Numbered from the stretch's first letter, positions 1 to 9,604 are shown. The stretch is 64,000 nt of DNA from Candidatus Latescibacterota bacterium (GCA_965222075.1 OZ244937.1:3104001-3168000); one strand, 5' to 3'. Translations and numbers: made by a program. Notes: generated by a model not told the origin, from the letters alone.

Positions 1-123
1 TCACAGACAGGCGCGGCAAAAGAGACGGCTTCTCTTCCATTCATCCTTCCTTTCCAGTTCCTCATCGGTCTGTTTTAAATTCAGACGCATGAGATCCTGG
101 ATAAGATGCATCGGTGGTTGCTT

Positions 124-1806
124 TCACCTGTCAAAGTACGGATGCTTCGCCACCGGCGGATGGGGGACCTCGCCCCTCGGCTTCTGAAGGGTCACATCCT
201 CAAAGAGCAACGACGGCACAACAAAAGAAACAACGCCACTGTGTATCCCCGAGGCGCTTCGTGCCCTGAACGGCGCGGTGTAGACCGTCTGATTCTTAGA
301 CGCGGCCACGATCTCTTTGAATGTCGACTCGGTGATATCCGACAGCCCCGCATTCCGGATCAGCTCCTCGCGCCCGTCCGGGAAGACCTTGTAAGCAAGG
401 ATAAGGTTCCCCACCCGTGCTCCTCTCCGGCTGAGGCCGCGCACCCTCAAGGCCGGGTTGCCGATGCGCCGTACGACGATTCCATACTTCTTCTTACGCT
501 TCTTGACCAGTTTGAGGAACGCCTTCACCATCTTCTTGTCGCTGTATCCTTTTTTTGCGGTCACAAAAAGATTGCTCGGCACGGCGTTCGGCCCGCGCCG
601 GCTCCCCGTGCTCTTCACAATCCCGGAGACCGGGTTACGCGTTGTAAGCAACGTGTTCAGTATCCCGTTCTCTACAAGCGCCGTCCTGCGCGCACGCACG
701 CCTTCATCGTCCACCCTGGCCCCTCCGACAAGCCGGCTCTTTTTGTACTCGCTCACTGTGGGTGCGTCCACAACGCTTAGAAACTCCGGCAGCACCCGTG
801 CGCCGATCTTGTCTAAGAAGGGATTCCTGCCCTGCGAGGGGCCCCGGCCGCCCCCCGAGATCGGTGCGCGCGAAGCCAGCAGCCTCGGCGCAAAAATCCG
901 GCCAAACAGCGCCGCTGCCGCCTGCCTCTCGAAAAGCACCGGGCCGTTGTACGAATCCACAACCGGCGCAGCCCGGAGGCTGGCCAGCCGCGCCCCCATC
1001 TCCTCAATACGGGCCCTGAGCGCCTCCCTGTTGGGAAGGTCGTCCATCGAGCGCCCGTAGGCCGCCACGAAGTCCTCCAGCGGCATCCCATCCGGCGCCT
1101 GTGTGCCCGCAAGCGCTGTGAAAGTGACAGAAGGCCTGATGCGGGTAAAGGATGTGCCCTCACTATTCAGATAGCGGGTATGGACGTTATCCACACTCAA
1201 ACGAACCGTAGACGTAAAAACATCCGGCATCTCTTTGAAAAGCGCAGAAAGGTCGCGCACCAGCGCCTCCGCTTCGGCTATGTCCACCTCCACGGGCGCA
1301 GCCTCGTCGGTAATCGACGTGGGGGCCTCCCGGCTGAAGTCGGAGATCTCCTCGATGCGCGTCCGGTGCTGTAACTCGGCCTGTTTCCTGGACAGGTCTT
1401 CCACCGCCTGTTTGTACGCGCCGTCGGTGGCCAGCCAGATCTGTCTCCTCAGCTCCTTGTAGTCATCGTCCAAAGGAAGCCGGGCCCTTCCTCCAAATCT
1501 CCTGACACGGAAGTTGGTATTGTCAAAGTCGTAGTCTCCCACCCGCACCTCCACATTCAGGGAACGCCCCCTGCCTTTGCTGCTGCCCAGCAGCGAACCG
1601 AAACTGGCCGACGCGCTTGCGCCCCAGCTCTCCTCCACGCGGTAGGCCATAAAATAGGGCCTCTCCAGCTGCTCGAGCTGGAGTTTGTCCATCGAACGCG
1701 CAAGCTCGTCGCGCATCGCCTTCATCACGACATCCTCTTCGGCGTATACGTATATCGACGTAAAAAGGGCCAGAACGCCCATCAAAGCACAAATCGCGGA
1801 TCGCAT
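124..1806 (-). CDS. TldE/PmbA-like metalloprotease subunit with N-terminal signal peptide
   Basis: TldD/PmbA-like motifs (VRVGDYDFDNT, YNGPVLFE, DDEGVRA, LVENGILNTLL, EELIR) but no HExxxH. Start chosen at MRSAICALMGVLALF (alternative 1821). Paralog of the adjacent gene. Confidence 0.8.
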   Translation of the reverse strand: MRSAICALMGVLALFTSIYVYAEEDVVMKAMRDELARSMDKLQLEQLERPYFMAYRVEESWGASASASFGSLLGSSKGRGRSLNVEVRVGDYDFDNTNFRVRRFGGRARLPLDDDYKELRRQIWLATDGAYKQAVEDLSRKQAELQHRTRIEEISDFSREAPTSITDEAAPVEVDIAEAEALVRDLSALFKEMPDVFTSTVRLSVDNVHTRYLNSEGTSFTRIRPSVTFTALAGTQAPDGMPLEDFVAAYGRSMDDLPNREALRARIEEMGARLASLRAAPVVDSYNGPVLFERQAAAALFGRIFAPRLLASRAPISGGGRGPSQGRNPFLDKIGARVLPEFLSVVDAPTVSEYKKSRLVGGARVDDEGVRARRTALVENGILNTLLTTRNPVSGIVKSTGSRRGPNAVPSNLFVTAKKGYSDKKMVKAFLKLVKKRKKKYGIVVRRIGNPALRVRGLSRRGARVGNLILAYKVFPDGREELIRNAGLSDITESTFKEIVAASKNQTVYTAPFRARSASGIHSGVVSFVVPSLLFEDVTLQKPRGEVPHPPVAKHPYFDR

Positions 1807-1828
1807 CACATCTCTCTTCATCCCGGGG

Positions 1829-3523
1829 TTATTGTTGATCCTCAAAGGGCGGGGGAAGCACCGGCGGCCGCGCCTGGGACTTCTCCTTCTTCTGCACCTC
1901 GATCTGAGAGATGAGAATACCGGGCGACACCGCCGAAACCGGGACACCCCCCGATTCCGCGCCGCAGATCCCGTTGAAAACCTCGGCCTCATTGTCTGCC
2001 GTAGCAATCTGACTGAAGGCAGTAAGAGGCGTCCCAATCAGGTCCACGCCGCGCACCAGTTCCTCCTGCCCATCGGGGGTGATGCGATAGACCATGATCG
2101 GCAGCACATTGAAGGCGTTTGGAATCGTTCGCCCTGTAATCGTGAACCCCCCCTGGATGTCTTCAAAGAGAAGCCCGAACGGCTTGTTCTCACGCTTCAA
2201 CTGCGCAGTGAGCATCTCCTTCAGGTCCGCCCGCGACACCGATTCAGACACCTCCACAACCAGGTTCGACTGGCGCGCCACCGGCGCATACCCCGGCTGT
2301 CTTCGGCCGTGGCCGTTCGAGTTGGGGAATCCCTCGATGGGTGACCGGGACATCAAAAAGCGTTTGAACACGCCCGCCTCGATCACATCCACCCGCCTCG
2401 CCTTGACCCCCTGGTTGTCGTACCGGTATGCCCCAACCAGATCCGTCGTACCCAACCGATCCAGGGTCGGATCGAAAGAGACCGAAAAGGCCTCGGGCAG
2501 GACCTTCTCGTTCACCTTTTTCTTGAACGTCTGCCCCTCTTCCTCGCTCTTCTGCCGGTGCCCCTCGATGCGGTGTCCGAAGACCTCGTGGAAAAAGACC
2601 CCGCTGGCCCTGCCCGAAAGAATCGCCGGCCCGGTGGAGGGCTCAACAATCGGCGCGCTGCGGAGGGCCTGCAGGTCCCCAATCATCCGCTCCACCGCCT
2701 CAAGCACCGCCTCATCCCCTGGAAGGCCTTCGGGTGTTAAAGCAAAAAACGACTCGTAGCGCGGAAGCTCCATACCGTCATCCGCCTTTGTGATGGCGGA
2801 GAGGATGAGGCGATAGTGCGTTTGCGACGTCTGGATCTCCGCCCCTTCACTGTCCACAAACCACCGCATCTCCGCCGTCGCGCTGATCGATGCGCTGGCA
2901 TGGTAGATATCGCCGTACCCGGCAAAAGGCGTCGTGTACTTCCTGACCTTCTCCTCCCACGCACCGCGGTCCACGGCGATCTGCAGGGGCGCCTCCACGT
3001 AGGTTTCGGGCGCCTCCCGGGAAAAATCGTCCGACCGGTCTTCCTGCTCAACGGTCACCTGCACATTGGTCTTCACCCGGGTCAGCTGCTCCACCGCGCG
3101 CTTGTATCTCTGGTCGGTGTGAAACCAGAGGACGCCCCGGATCGCGTCGGAATCGTCACCTAAGGGAATCTGAACAAAGGCGTACCGCCTGCCAAAGCGG
3201 CGAGACCGGCCGCGCACGGGATGGGTATTGTCCATGGCATAGGCGCCCACCCTTATGTCGATGTCCAGCTGGCGGCGGCGGTTCTCACCGCTGTAGATGA
3301 GCGTGCCAAAAGACCCGGAAGCCCCCGCCGAGTGAAGTTCCGTGACTTCATAGCTGAGATAATAGGGCGGCGTCGGCTGCTCTCCCAGAACCCCGAGCGA
3401 CCGGGAGAGCTCCTGCTTCATCGCCTGGAGCACCGGCGAACGGTCTGCATCCTGCGCCCTCGCAGCGCCGACCGGGGCGACAAGCAGGGCTGTGCAGATC
3501 CCGAATACACGATATAATCGCAT
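1829..3523 (-). CDS. tldD: TldD-family metalloprotease with signal peptide
   Basis: FFHEVFGHRIEGH zinc motif and C-terminal GICGAESGGVPVS Cys ligand. GGAGG RBS before ATG 3523. Signal peptide ending ARA-Q. Confidence 0.85.
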   Translation of the reverse strand: MRLYRVFGICTALLVAPVGAARAQDADRSPVLQAMKQELSRSLGVLGEQPTPPYYLSYEVTELHSAGASGSFGTLIYSGENRRRQLDIDIRVGAYAMDNTHPVRGRSRRFGRRYAFVQIPLGDDSDAIRGVLWFHTDQRYKRAVEQLTRVKTNVQVTVEQEDRSDDFSREAPETYVEAPLQIAVDRGAWEEKVRKYTTPFAGYGDIYHASASISATAEMRWFVDSEGAEIQTSQTHYRLILSAITKADDGMELPRYESFFALTPEGLPGDEAVLEAVERMIGDLQALRSAPIVEPSTGPAILSGRASGVFFHEVFGHRIEGHRQKSEEEGQTFKKKVNEKVLPEAFSVSFDPTLDRLGTTDLVGAYRYDNQGVKARRVDVIEAGVFKRFLMSRSPIEGFPNSNGHGRRQPGYAPVARQSNLVVEVSESVSRADLKEMLTAQLKRENKPFGLLFEDIQGGFTITGRTIPNAFNVLPIMVYRITPDGQEELVRGVDLIGTPLTAFSQIATADNEAEVFNGICGAESGGVPVSAVSPGILISQIEVQKKEKSQARPPVLPPPFEDQQ

Positions 3524-3624
3524 CAAACATCCTCCATCGCTTAGCCCGAACAATCAACACAGTGGAATTGAAGAAATATACGACATGGCAACCCTTCTCC
3601 AAAGGGAATTTTTGTGCCCACCTT

Positions 3625-3651
3625 CTTGCCTGCGCGCAGCGCGCAAGCAGG
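3625..3651. repeat. CCTGC...GCAGG palindromic element
   Basis: CTTGCCTGCGCGC A GCGCGCAAGCAGG. Same family as 15316-15355, 52166-52294 and a truncated arm at positions 3-12. Confidence 0.6.
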
Positions 3652-3700
3652 TCCCCCGGCCCCTACCTGCCGCATCCACAGGATGCCCCGTAATTTTTAG

Positions 3701-3729
3701 TTGACCTTCTGAAATTCCCAAACTATGTT
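3701..3729 (+). promoter_or_regulatory. putative sigma70 promoter of copA
   Basis: TTGACC-N17-TATGTT upstream of copA. Confidence 0.4.
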
Positions 3730-3843
3730 ATGGGGTCAACACCCAGGCGCACAGACGCGCCAGGGCGCCCGATAGAGACCCCGAAAGCCGCGAAAGGCCT
3801 ACGAATACGACGCCCTCTGCACGCAAAGGCCAAAAGACGACAG

Positions 3844-6306
3844 ATGTCCGAAACCGCTGAAAAGCCCAAAACCGTCCGCCTCAGCCTCCCCATCTCCGGC
3901 ATGTCCTGCGCCGCATGCGCCTCCCGCATCGAAAAGGGCCTGCAGGAGGTCCCCGGCGTGGCCGAGGCAGTCGTCAACTTCGGCGTGGAGCAGGCCACAG
4001 TCGCCTACGATCCGAAGCGGGTCGGCGTCGAACAGCTCGCCGAAAAGATCGGCGTCCTCGGCTACGATGTCCGGGGGGATGAGGTCACCCTCTCGGTGAA
4101 AGGCATGTCCTGCGCCGCATGCGTCTCCCGTGTGGAATATGCCCTAAGAGCGATCCCCGGCGTCATCAAGGCGAATGTTAACTTTGCCACCCACCAGGCA
4201 ACCGTCCGCTACCTCAACATCGACGTGGACGCCCTGAAGCAGTCCGTGGCCGACGCCGGCTATGAGGCATCGATGGTTGAGGAAGAGCAGGTATCGGAAG
4301 ATCGGGAACGGGCCGACCGCCGGGCCGAATACCGGGCCGTTCGCCTCCGCTTCGTCGTGGGCGGCGTCCTCTCTGCCCTCATCATGGGTGTCGGCATGGT
4401 CCATACCCTCCTGGGCGTTGACCTCCCCACGCGGGAGATCCACCTCCTCCTCTTCCTGCTTGCAACCCCCGTCCAGTTCTGGTGCGGATGGCGGTTCCTG
4501 AAAGGCTTCCAGACCGCGCTTTGGCATGCCACGGCCGACATGAACAGCCTCATCGCCGTGGGCACCCTCGCCGCCTACGGCTACAGCACAGCCCTCACCT
4601 TTGCGCCCCGCGCCGTTGCCGAAGTCGGCCAGGCCCTGCACGTCTACTTCGACACCTCGGCCATGATAATCACCCTCATTCTCCTTGGCCGGATGCTGGA
4701 GGCCAGGGCTAAGGGGCGCACCTCCGACGCCATCCGCAAACTGATGGACCTCCGCCCCCAGACCGCCCGCCTCATCCGGGATGACCAGACCCTTGTGGTC
4801 CCCGTTGAAGAAGTCGCCGTGGGAGACCTCCTCCGCGTCCGCCCGGGAGAAAAAATTCCCGTGGACGGCGCCCTCTACCAGGGCCGTTCCACAGTGGACG
4901 AATCGATGGTCACCGGCGAGAGCATCCCCGTGAAAAAAGGCCCCAACAGCCAGGTCACCGGCGGCACCCTTAACAAAACCGGAACCTTCACCTTTCGGGC
5001 CACCCAGGTCGGGTCGGAAACCGTCCTGGCCCGCATCGTCCAGATGGTCCGGCAGGCCCAGGGGTCCCGTGCCCCCATCCAGCGCCTCGCCGACCGGGTT
5101 GCGGGCATCTTCGTGCCCATCGTCTTCGGCATCGCCCTCCTCACCTTCCTTCTCTGGTACACCCTCGGCCCGCAGCCCCCGCTTGCTGCGGGCCTCCTCA
5201 ACGCCGTCGCCGTCCTCATCATCGCCTGCCCCTGCGCAATGGGCCTGGCCACCCCCACCGCCATCATGGTCGGCACCGGCCGGGGCGCCGAATTCGGCGT
5301 CCTCATTAAAGGGGGCGACGTCCTGGAAACCGCCTGCCGGCTCGACACGGTCGTCTTAGACAAAACCGGCACCCTCACCACCGGCGCGCCCGCCGTCACC
5401 GACCTCATCCCCGCCGACGGCTTCAGCGAAAAGGACCTGCTTGTGCTGGCCGCCTCGGCCGAACAGGCCTCGGAGCACCCCCTCGGTGAGGCCATCCTCA
5501 AAGCGGCGGGCGAACAAAACCTCTCCCTGCGGGAGGCGCAGGCATTCGAAGCCTTCCCCGGAGAGGGCATCGCCGCAGAAATCGCAGGGGTCACCCTACT
5601 CCTGGGCAACCGGCGGCTGATGGAAAATCAGGAAGTTCTTCTGGACGGATGGGCAGGACAGGCAAAGCGGCTTGAAAGAGAAGGAAAAACCACCGTATTC
5701 ATCGCAGCCGACGGCCGGCCGGCGGGGCTTATCGGCATCGCCGACACCCTCAAGCCGGGGGCCGCAGACGCAGTGGCCGACCTCCACGGCCTGGGCCTGA
5801 AAGTCGCCCTGGTCACCGGCGACAACGCCCGAACCGCAGAGGCGGTCGCCCGGATCGTCGGCATCGACCGGGTGCTGTCCGAAGTCATGCCGGAAGGGAA
5901 AGCCGACCGGATCGCGGAGCTTCAGGCCGGGCGAAAAGGGGTCGGCATGGTAGGCGATGGCATCAACGACGCCCCCGCCTTAGCCCGGGCCGACGTCGGC
6001 ATCGCCATCGGCACCGGCGCAGACATCGCCAAAGAAAGCGCAGACATCACCCTCATCTCCGGAGATCTGAGCGGCATCGGCGCGGCGGTGCGGCTCTCTA
6101 AGAAGACCATGCGAGTCATTCGCCAGAACCTCTTCTGGGCATTTGCCTACAACACCCTCCTCATCCCCATCGCCGCTGTGGGCCTTCTCAACCCCCTTGG
6201 CGGCCCCATGCTCGCAGCGGCGGCCATGGCCTTCAGCTCCGTCTCCGTCCTCTCCAACTCCCTCCGGCTGCGGCGGTTCGATCCAACTCAGCGCCGGTTC
6301 GCATAA
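3844..6306 (+). CDS. copA: Cu(I)-translocating P1B-type ATPase
   Basis: Two GMSCAAC HMA domains, [25 protein letters not shown], and YN and MxxSS transmembrane ligands. Confidence 0.93.
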   Translation: MSETAEKPKTVRLSLPISGMSCAACASRIEKGLQEVPGVAEAVVNFGVEQATVAYDPKRVGVEQLAEKIGVLGYDVRGDEVTLSVKGMSCAACVSRVEYALRAIPGVIKANVNFATHQATVRYLNIDVDALKQSVADAGYEASMVEEEQVSEDRERADRRAEYRAVRLRFVVGGVLSALIMGVGMVHTLLGVDLPTREIHLLLFLLATPVQFWCGWRFLKGFQTALWHATADMNSLIAVGTLAAYGYSTALTFAPRAVAEVGQALHVYFDTSAMIITLILLGRMLEARAKGRTSDAIRKLMDLRPQTARLIRDDQTLVVPVEEVAVGDLLRVRPGEKIPVDGALYQGRSTVDESMVTGESIPVKKGPNSQVTGGTLNKTGTFTFRATQVGSETVLARIVQMVRQAQGSRAPIQRLADRVAGIFVPIVFGIALLTFLLWYTLGPQPPLAAGLLNAVAVLIIACPCAMGLATPTAIMVGTGRGAEFGVLIKGGDVLETACRLDTVVLDKTGTLTTGAPAVTDLIPADGFSEKDLLVLAASAEQASEHPLGEAILKAAGEQNLSLREAQAFEAFPGEGIAAEIAGVTLLLGNRRLMENQEVLLDGWAGQAKRLEREGKTTVFIAADGRPAGLIGIADTLKPGAADAVADLHGLGLKVALVTGDNARTAEAVARIVGIDRVLSEVMPEGKADRIAELQAGRKGVGMVGDGINDAPALARADVGIAIGTGADIAKESADITLISGDLSGIGAAVRLSKKTMRVIRQNLFWAFAYNTLLIPIAAVGLLNPLGGPMLAAAAMAFSSVSVLSNSLRLRRFDPTQRRFA

Positions 6307-7409
6307 TTCAAAATCCCCTTCACAATCCGTTCGGCGCTCCGCTGCCGGTTCTTGTGAAACCGCAGCCTGTAGGCCTCGCCCCTGTCGTGCATATTGTGGA
6401 CCTCAACCAAGATCTCGGCATACGCCCGGTTGTTCCGGAGCACCCCCAAGTTGCGCCCCATGATCTGTGCGGGGAGATCGGGATGGTGCAGGGCCTTCTG
6501 CATCACCTGCGCGAACTTTCGGGAACGTTTATCGACCTTCCCCCTCCGGTTCAAATAGATCGCCAGCGGTCCCTTGGGCCGCCCCGGGCTGTTGTCTGCA
6601 TGCAGCGAAACAAAAAGGCTCTTCCCCTTCCGGGCGCCCTTGAAATGCCGGTTGGCAATCCTGACCCGTTGTAAGAGATTGTTCCCGCCGGGACGGACGG
6701 AGCCCGAACGCCTCTGGTTCCTCTTCGCGTCGTTGTAAACCTCGTTCTGCTCGTGCACGAAGGTCACGCTCGCCCGGAAGTTGTCGCGTATGAGGTGGTT
6801 GGGGCTGATCACCGTCAGCTCCACCTCCGCGCCCTTCAGCCGCAGAAGTTCGTATACCCGCAGCGCAATATCGTAGACATACTCGTCCTCAACCACGTAG
6901 ACCGAACGCTCCACCCCGTCCTTATTCGATACAATCGCCCCCGGATCGATGCCCCCATGCCCGGGATCAACCACCACCTTCCAGCCCTTCAGCGGCAGCC
7001 GCCTGCCCCGGTTTTGGGCCAGCCTGGCACGGATCTCTGCGTCGAACGCCTGCAATAGCGCACGGGCGTTCTGGTAATCCTTGATCGGTCGAAACCGGGA
7101 AGGCTCGATATACTTCCGGCTCTGCTGTGCAGCCACCCTCGGTTTATAAAAATAATAAGGACCGTTCTCGGCCTTTATCTCCTTGAGCCTGGGCCCCAAA
7201 CGCAGCACCTGTCCCGGATAGACCCGGTCGCTCCGGAGCCGGTTGAGCCGCTTGATCTCCTTTACGCTCACCTGGAACAGGCGGGCAATCGACCAGAGGG
7301 AATCCCCCTTCCGGACCTCGTACGTCAGAGAAAGCCCAAGCGGCTCCCCCAGGGTAAACAGGACCAGAAAAAGCCCGACACAGACCTGGAAAATGCGGTG
7401 TAAGGTCAT
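6288..7409 (-). CDS. LysM-domain N-acetylmuramoyl-L-alanine amidase (Amidase_3)
   Basis: Signal or anchor helix, LysM ([13 protein letters not shown]...VYPGQVL), [23 protein letters not shown]. Confidence 0.85.
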   Translation of the reverse strand: MTLHRIFQVCVGLFLVLFTLGEPLGLSLTYEVRKGDSLWSIARLFQVSVKEIKRLNRLRSDRVYPGQVLRLGPRLKEIKAENGPYYFYKPRVAAQQSRKYIEPSRFRPIKDYQNARALLQAFDAEIRARLAQNRGRRLPLKGWKVVVDPGHGGIDPGAIVSNKDGVERSVYVVEDEYVYDIALRVYELLRLKGAEVELTVISPNHLIRDNFRASVTFVHEQNEVYNDAKRNQRRSGSVRPGGNNLLQRVRIANRHFKGARKGKSLFVSLHADNSPGRPKGPLAIYLNRRGKVDKRSRKFAQVMQKALHHPDLPAQIMGRNLGVLRNNRAYAEILVEVHNMHDRGEAYRLRFHKNRQRSAERIVKGILNYANRR

Positions 7410-7477
7410 AGATTTAAAAACTGAAGGAGGATAAATTTTGGGGGGATTTGGCCTTGTGGTTGACCACAGCCGCGGAA

Positions 7478-7536
7478 CCCCGGGTACAAACGGTGCAGCA
7501 CCCGAACGCATGATGCCTCTGAGTTCGCAGTCGTGG
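7478..7536 (-). repeat. copy A of a dispersed non-coding element (homolog at 41129-41188)
   Basis: Manual alignment gives 43/60 identical columns with copy B. Lies in the amidase 5' region. Confidence 0.6.
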
Positions 7537-7662
7537 CCAATCGTCTTCAGGCGGCACCGAAGGGGCACGGTGCAAAGCCGGAAAAGACCCTTGAACATGC
7601 CAAAACATAGGGACTTTGGGGGAAAAAGGCAAGAGAAAGCGGCCAGACCGTATCCTGAACCG

Positions 7663-7704
7663 GTTGGTCCTTTTCACCGCTCAAGTTGGTGTTTTCCACC
7701 AACT
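7663..7704. promoter_or_regulatory. tandem palindromic enhancer (UAS) sites for a PspF-like activator
   Basis: Perfect AGTTGGTG-N5-CACCAACT (7684-7704) and a degenerate GTTGGTC-N5-CACCGCT 22 bp upstream, about 100-140 bp before a sigma54 promoter. Confidence 0.7.
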
Positions 7705-7799
7705 CTCTCATTTAAACGAGCTTGAACGAGCCCAATTTTCTTCTACATAAGTCTTATAAGAACAATTTCTTATATAAATATCTCCTGTTCATCAAAAAC

Positions 7800-7816
7800 C
7801 CGGCACGCCCCTTGCA
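7800..7816 (+). promoter_or_regulatory. sigma54 (-24/-12) promoter of the pspA operon
   Basis: CCGGCACGCCCCTTGCA gives GG(7802-03)-N10-GC(7814-15). Preceded by an AT-rich, IHF-like tract at about 7735-7785. Confidence 0.85.
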
Positions 7817-7874
7817 GAGAAGACGGCTGGAAGCTGCCGTTTCACGTTTCACAAAAAAGAGAGGAGCCACACCG

Positions 7875-8552
7875 ATGGCCAAAGGAATCTTTTCAAGAAT
7901 GGCGGACATCATCAAAGCCAACATCAACGACCTCCTGAATCGGGCGGAAGACCCGGAAAAGATGATCCGCCAGATGATCCTCGAAATGGAGGAGGCCGTC
8001 AACAAGGCGACCGCGTCCGTCGGCACCGCCGTGGCCAACGAGAAGCGGCTGGAGCGCCAGTGCCTCGAGAAAAAGGACCAGATCAAGGCCTGGCAGAAAA
8101 AGGCCGAACTCGCCGTCCAGGACGGAGAAGACGACCTGGCCCGGCGGGCGCTGGAACGGAAAGCGGCCCTGGAAGAGGCCGCCAAAGACTTGAGCGCCGC
8201 CCTCGACGAAAGCCAGCGGACCTCCAAACAGCTCAAACAGCAGCTCATGCAGCTCAAGGCCAAACTGGACGAAGCCCGCACCCGCCAGGGCGCCCTCATC
8301 GCCCGGCGCAAAGCCGCAGAAGCCCGCAAGCAGATCGCCAAAGGCCTCTCCGGCGTGGGTGACGATGCCTTCTCCAGCTTCGAGCGGTTCCGCCAGCGGG
8401 TTGAAACCGAAGAGGCCGAAGCCGAAGCCCACCAGGAAATCGCCGGTTCCGAGCCTTCGCTGGAAGACGCCTTCACCAAACTCGAACGGAAGAGCACGGT
8501 GGAAGAGGAACTTGAAGTCCTCAAGAAAAAACTGGGCCGGACCGATGCGTGA
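7875..8552 (+). CDS. pspA: phage shock protein A (PspA/IM30, ESCRT-III superfamily)
   Basis: MAKGIFSRMADIIKANINDLLNRAEDPEKM N-terminus, GEDDLARRALERK, coiled coils, GAGGAG RBS. Confidence 0.95.
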   Translation: MAKGIFSRMADIIKANINDLLNRAEDPEKMIRQMILEMEEAVNKATASVGTAVANEKRLERQCLEKKDQIKAWQKKAELAVQDGEDDLARRALERKAALEEAAKDLSAALDESQRTSKQLKQQLMQLKAKLDEARTRQGALIARRKAAEARKQIAKGLSGVGDDAFSSFERFRQRVETEEAEAEAHQEIAGSEPSLEDAFTKLERKSTVEEELEVLKKKLGRTDA

Positions 8553-8762
8553 CGTCCAGAAAATCTTAGACGAAATCGCCTGCTCAAACTCGCCCGGGAA
8601 AAGGGCGGCAGCCTCACCGTCCTCGAAGCCGCCACCGATGCCCGCATGACCGTAGAAAAGGCCGAGGAGATCCTCCGAGAACTGGCCGCCCGGGGCCACG
8701 CCGAGGTCCGCGTCTCCGAGTCGGGCCTCATCGTCTACTACTTCCCGGTGCACGAACTCTGA
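8545..8762 (+). CDS. small winged-helix protein with a broken reading frame (frameshift or readthrough needed)
   Basis: Frame 8553-8762 encodes ...RLLKLAREKGGSLTVLEAATDARMTVEKAEEILRELAARGHAEVRVSESGLIVYYFPVHEL*. ATG 8545 (MRDVQKILDEI) joins it only with a -1 shift. Not in the ORF track. Confidence 0.6.
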
Positions 8763-8781
8763 AACCTCAGGGAGGGCTGTC

Positions 8782-8991
8782 ATGATCGAAGTCGGATTTG
8801 GAGTTGCGCTGATCATCCTCGCTGTTGCGATCCTCAAATACGTGGAGCGACGCTACAAAGGCGCCATCCCCAGCGATGCCGAAGAACGGCTCATGGCCCG
8901 AATGGCCGAACTCGAACGACGCCTCACAGACATCCAGGACGTCATGATCACCATCGACGAAAAAATGAGCAGGAGCAATCCGGAGGAATGA
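8782..8991 (+). CDS. PspB-like single-TM coiled-coil protein
   Basis: GGAGG RBS, N-terminal TM, C-terminal RMAELERRLTDIQDVMITIDEK coiled coil, downstream of pspA. Confidence 0.75.
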   Translation: MIEVGFGVALIILAVAILKYVERRYKGAIPSDAEERLMARMAELERRLTDIQDVMITIDEKMSRSNPEE

Positions 8992-9117
8992 TCTTCAGTG
9001 ACGCCGAAAAACGGCTCATTGGCCTGGATAGACGAACTCGAACGCATGCTCACAGACATCCAGGACGTCATGATCACCATCGACAATAAAATGAGCAGGC
9101 CCAAAGTGGAAATTTAA
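8988..9117 (+). pseudogene. partial tandem duplicate of the PspB-like gene (coiled coil only, 1-bp insertion)
   Basis: 8997-9099 repeats 8872-8973, with ATG GCC changed to ATTG GCC. A TTG-started 32-aa peptide (9019-9117) is possible. Confidence 0.65.
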
Positions 9118-9150
9118 ACCGTTCACCCAAACCCACAGGGAGGAAAATAA

Positions 9151-9408
9151 ATGATAGGCTGGATCCTGGAACTGATGATCGGCTTCTCTCTGATCATCGT
9201 CGTAAGCGGAACAGTAAGCTACGTTCACCTGAGGCTGAAACGCGCCTCGAAGGGAGTGAATCCGGACCGGGCCAAGCGGATGGAAGCCCGGCTGGACACC
9301 CTGGAACAGAGGTTGACCGATATTCAGGACATTATCATCGCCATCGACGAGAAGCTGAACCGGGCAGACTACCGACCGCCATCTCCGGTCCAAACAGACA
9401 AAGGATAA
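9151..9408 (+). CDS. PspB-like single-TM coiled-coil protein, paralog
   Basis: GGAGG RBS, TM helix, LEQRLTDIQDIIIAIDEKL matching 8782-8991. Confidence 0.75.
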   Translation: MIGWILELMIGFSLIIVVSGTVSYVHLRLKRASKGVNPDRAKRMEARLDTLEQRLTDIQDIIIAIDEKLNRADYRPPSPVQTDKG

Positions 9409-9412
9409 CGCC

Positions 9413-9592
9413 ATGCTCTCCAAAATCCTCGGCATCATCTTGATCGTCATCGGGGGTTCCCTGGCCCTCGGTGTCCTGTTTCAACTGATCGGCTCAATTG
9501 TCGGACTGCTCTGGGCCATGATCAAACTGGCCATACCGCTGGTCCTCCTCTACGTCGGCTACCGGCTGCTCACACGGGAACCGGATTATTAA
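9413..9592 (+). CDS. 59-aa two-TM membrane protein (PspG/LiaI-like)
   Basis: MLSKILGIILIVIGGSLALGVLFQLIGSIVGLLWAMIKLAIPLVLLYVGYRLLTREPDY*, with AAGGA RBS. Fills the operon gap and is below the ORF-track cutoff. Confidence 0.75.
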   Translation: MLSKILGIILIVIGGSLALGVLFQLIGSIVGLLWAMIKLAIPLVLLYVGYRLLTREPDY

Positions 9593-9604
9593 AGGGGTTG
9601 AAAA

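Noticed and set aside
8550-8552. pspA TGA as a selenocysteine codon
   Set aside because: No redox motif context and no convincing SECIS-like hairpin. PspA is already full length at this stop.
7754-8837. Long minus-strand ORFs (325 and 314 aa) over pspA
   Set aside because: Antisense shadows of high-GC coding sequence with no motifs. The same applies to most overlapping ORFs in the track, e.g. 11126-12379, 25410-26633, 47716-48978, 53414-54535 and 56221-57420.
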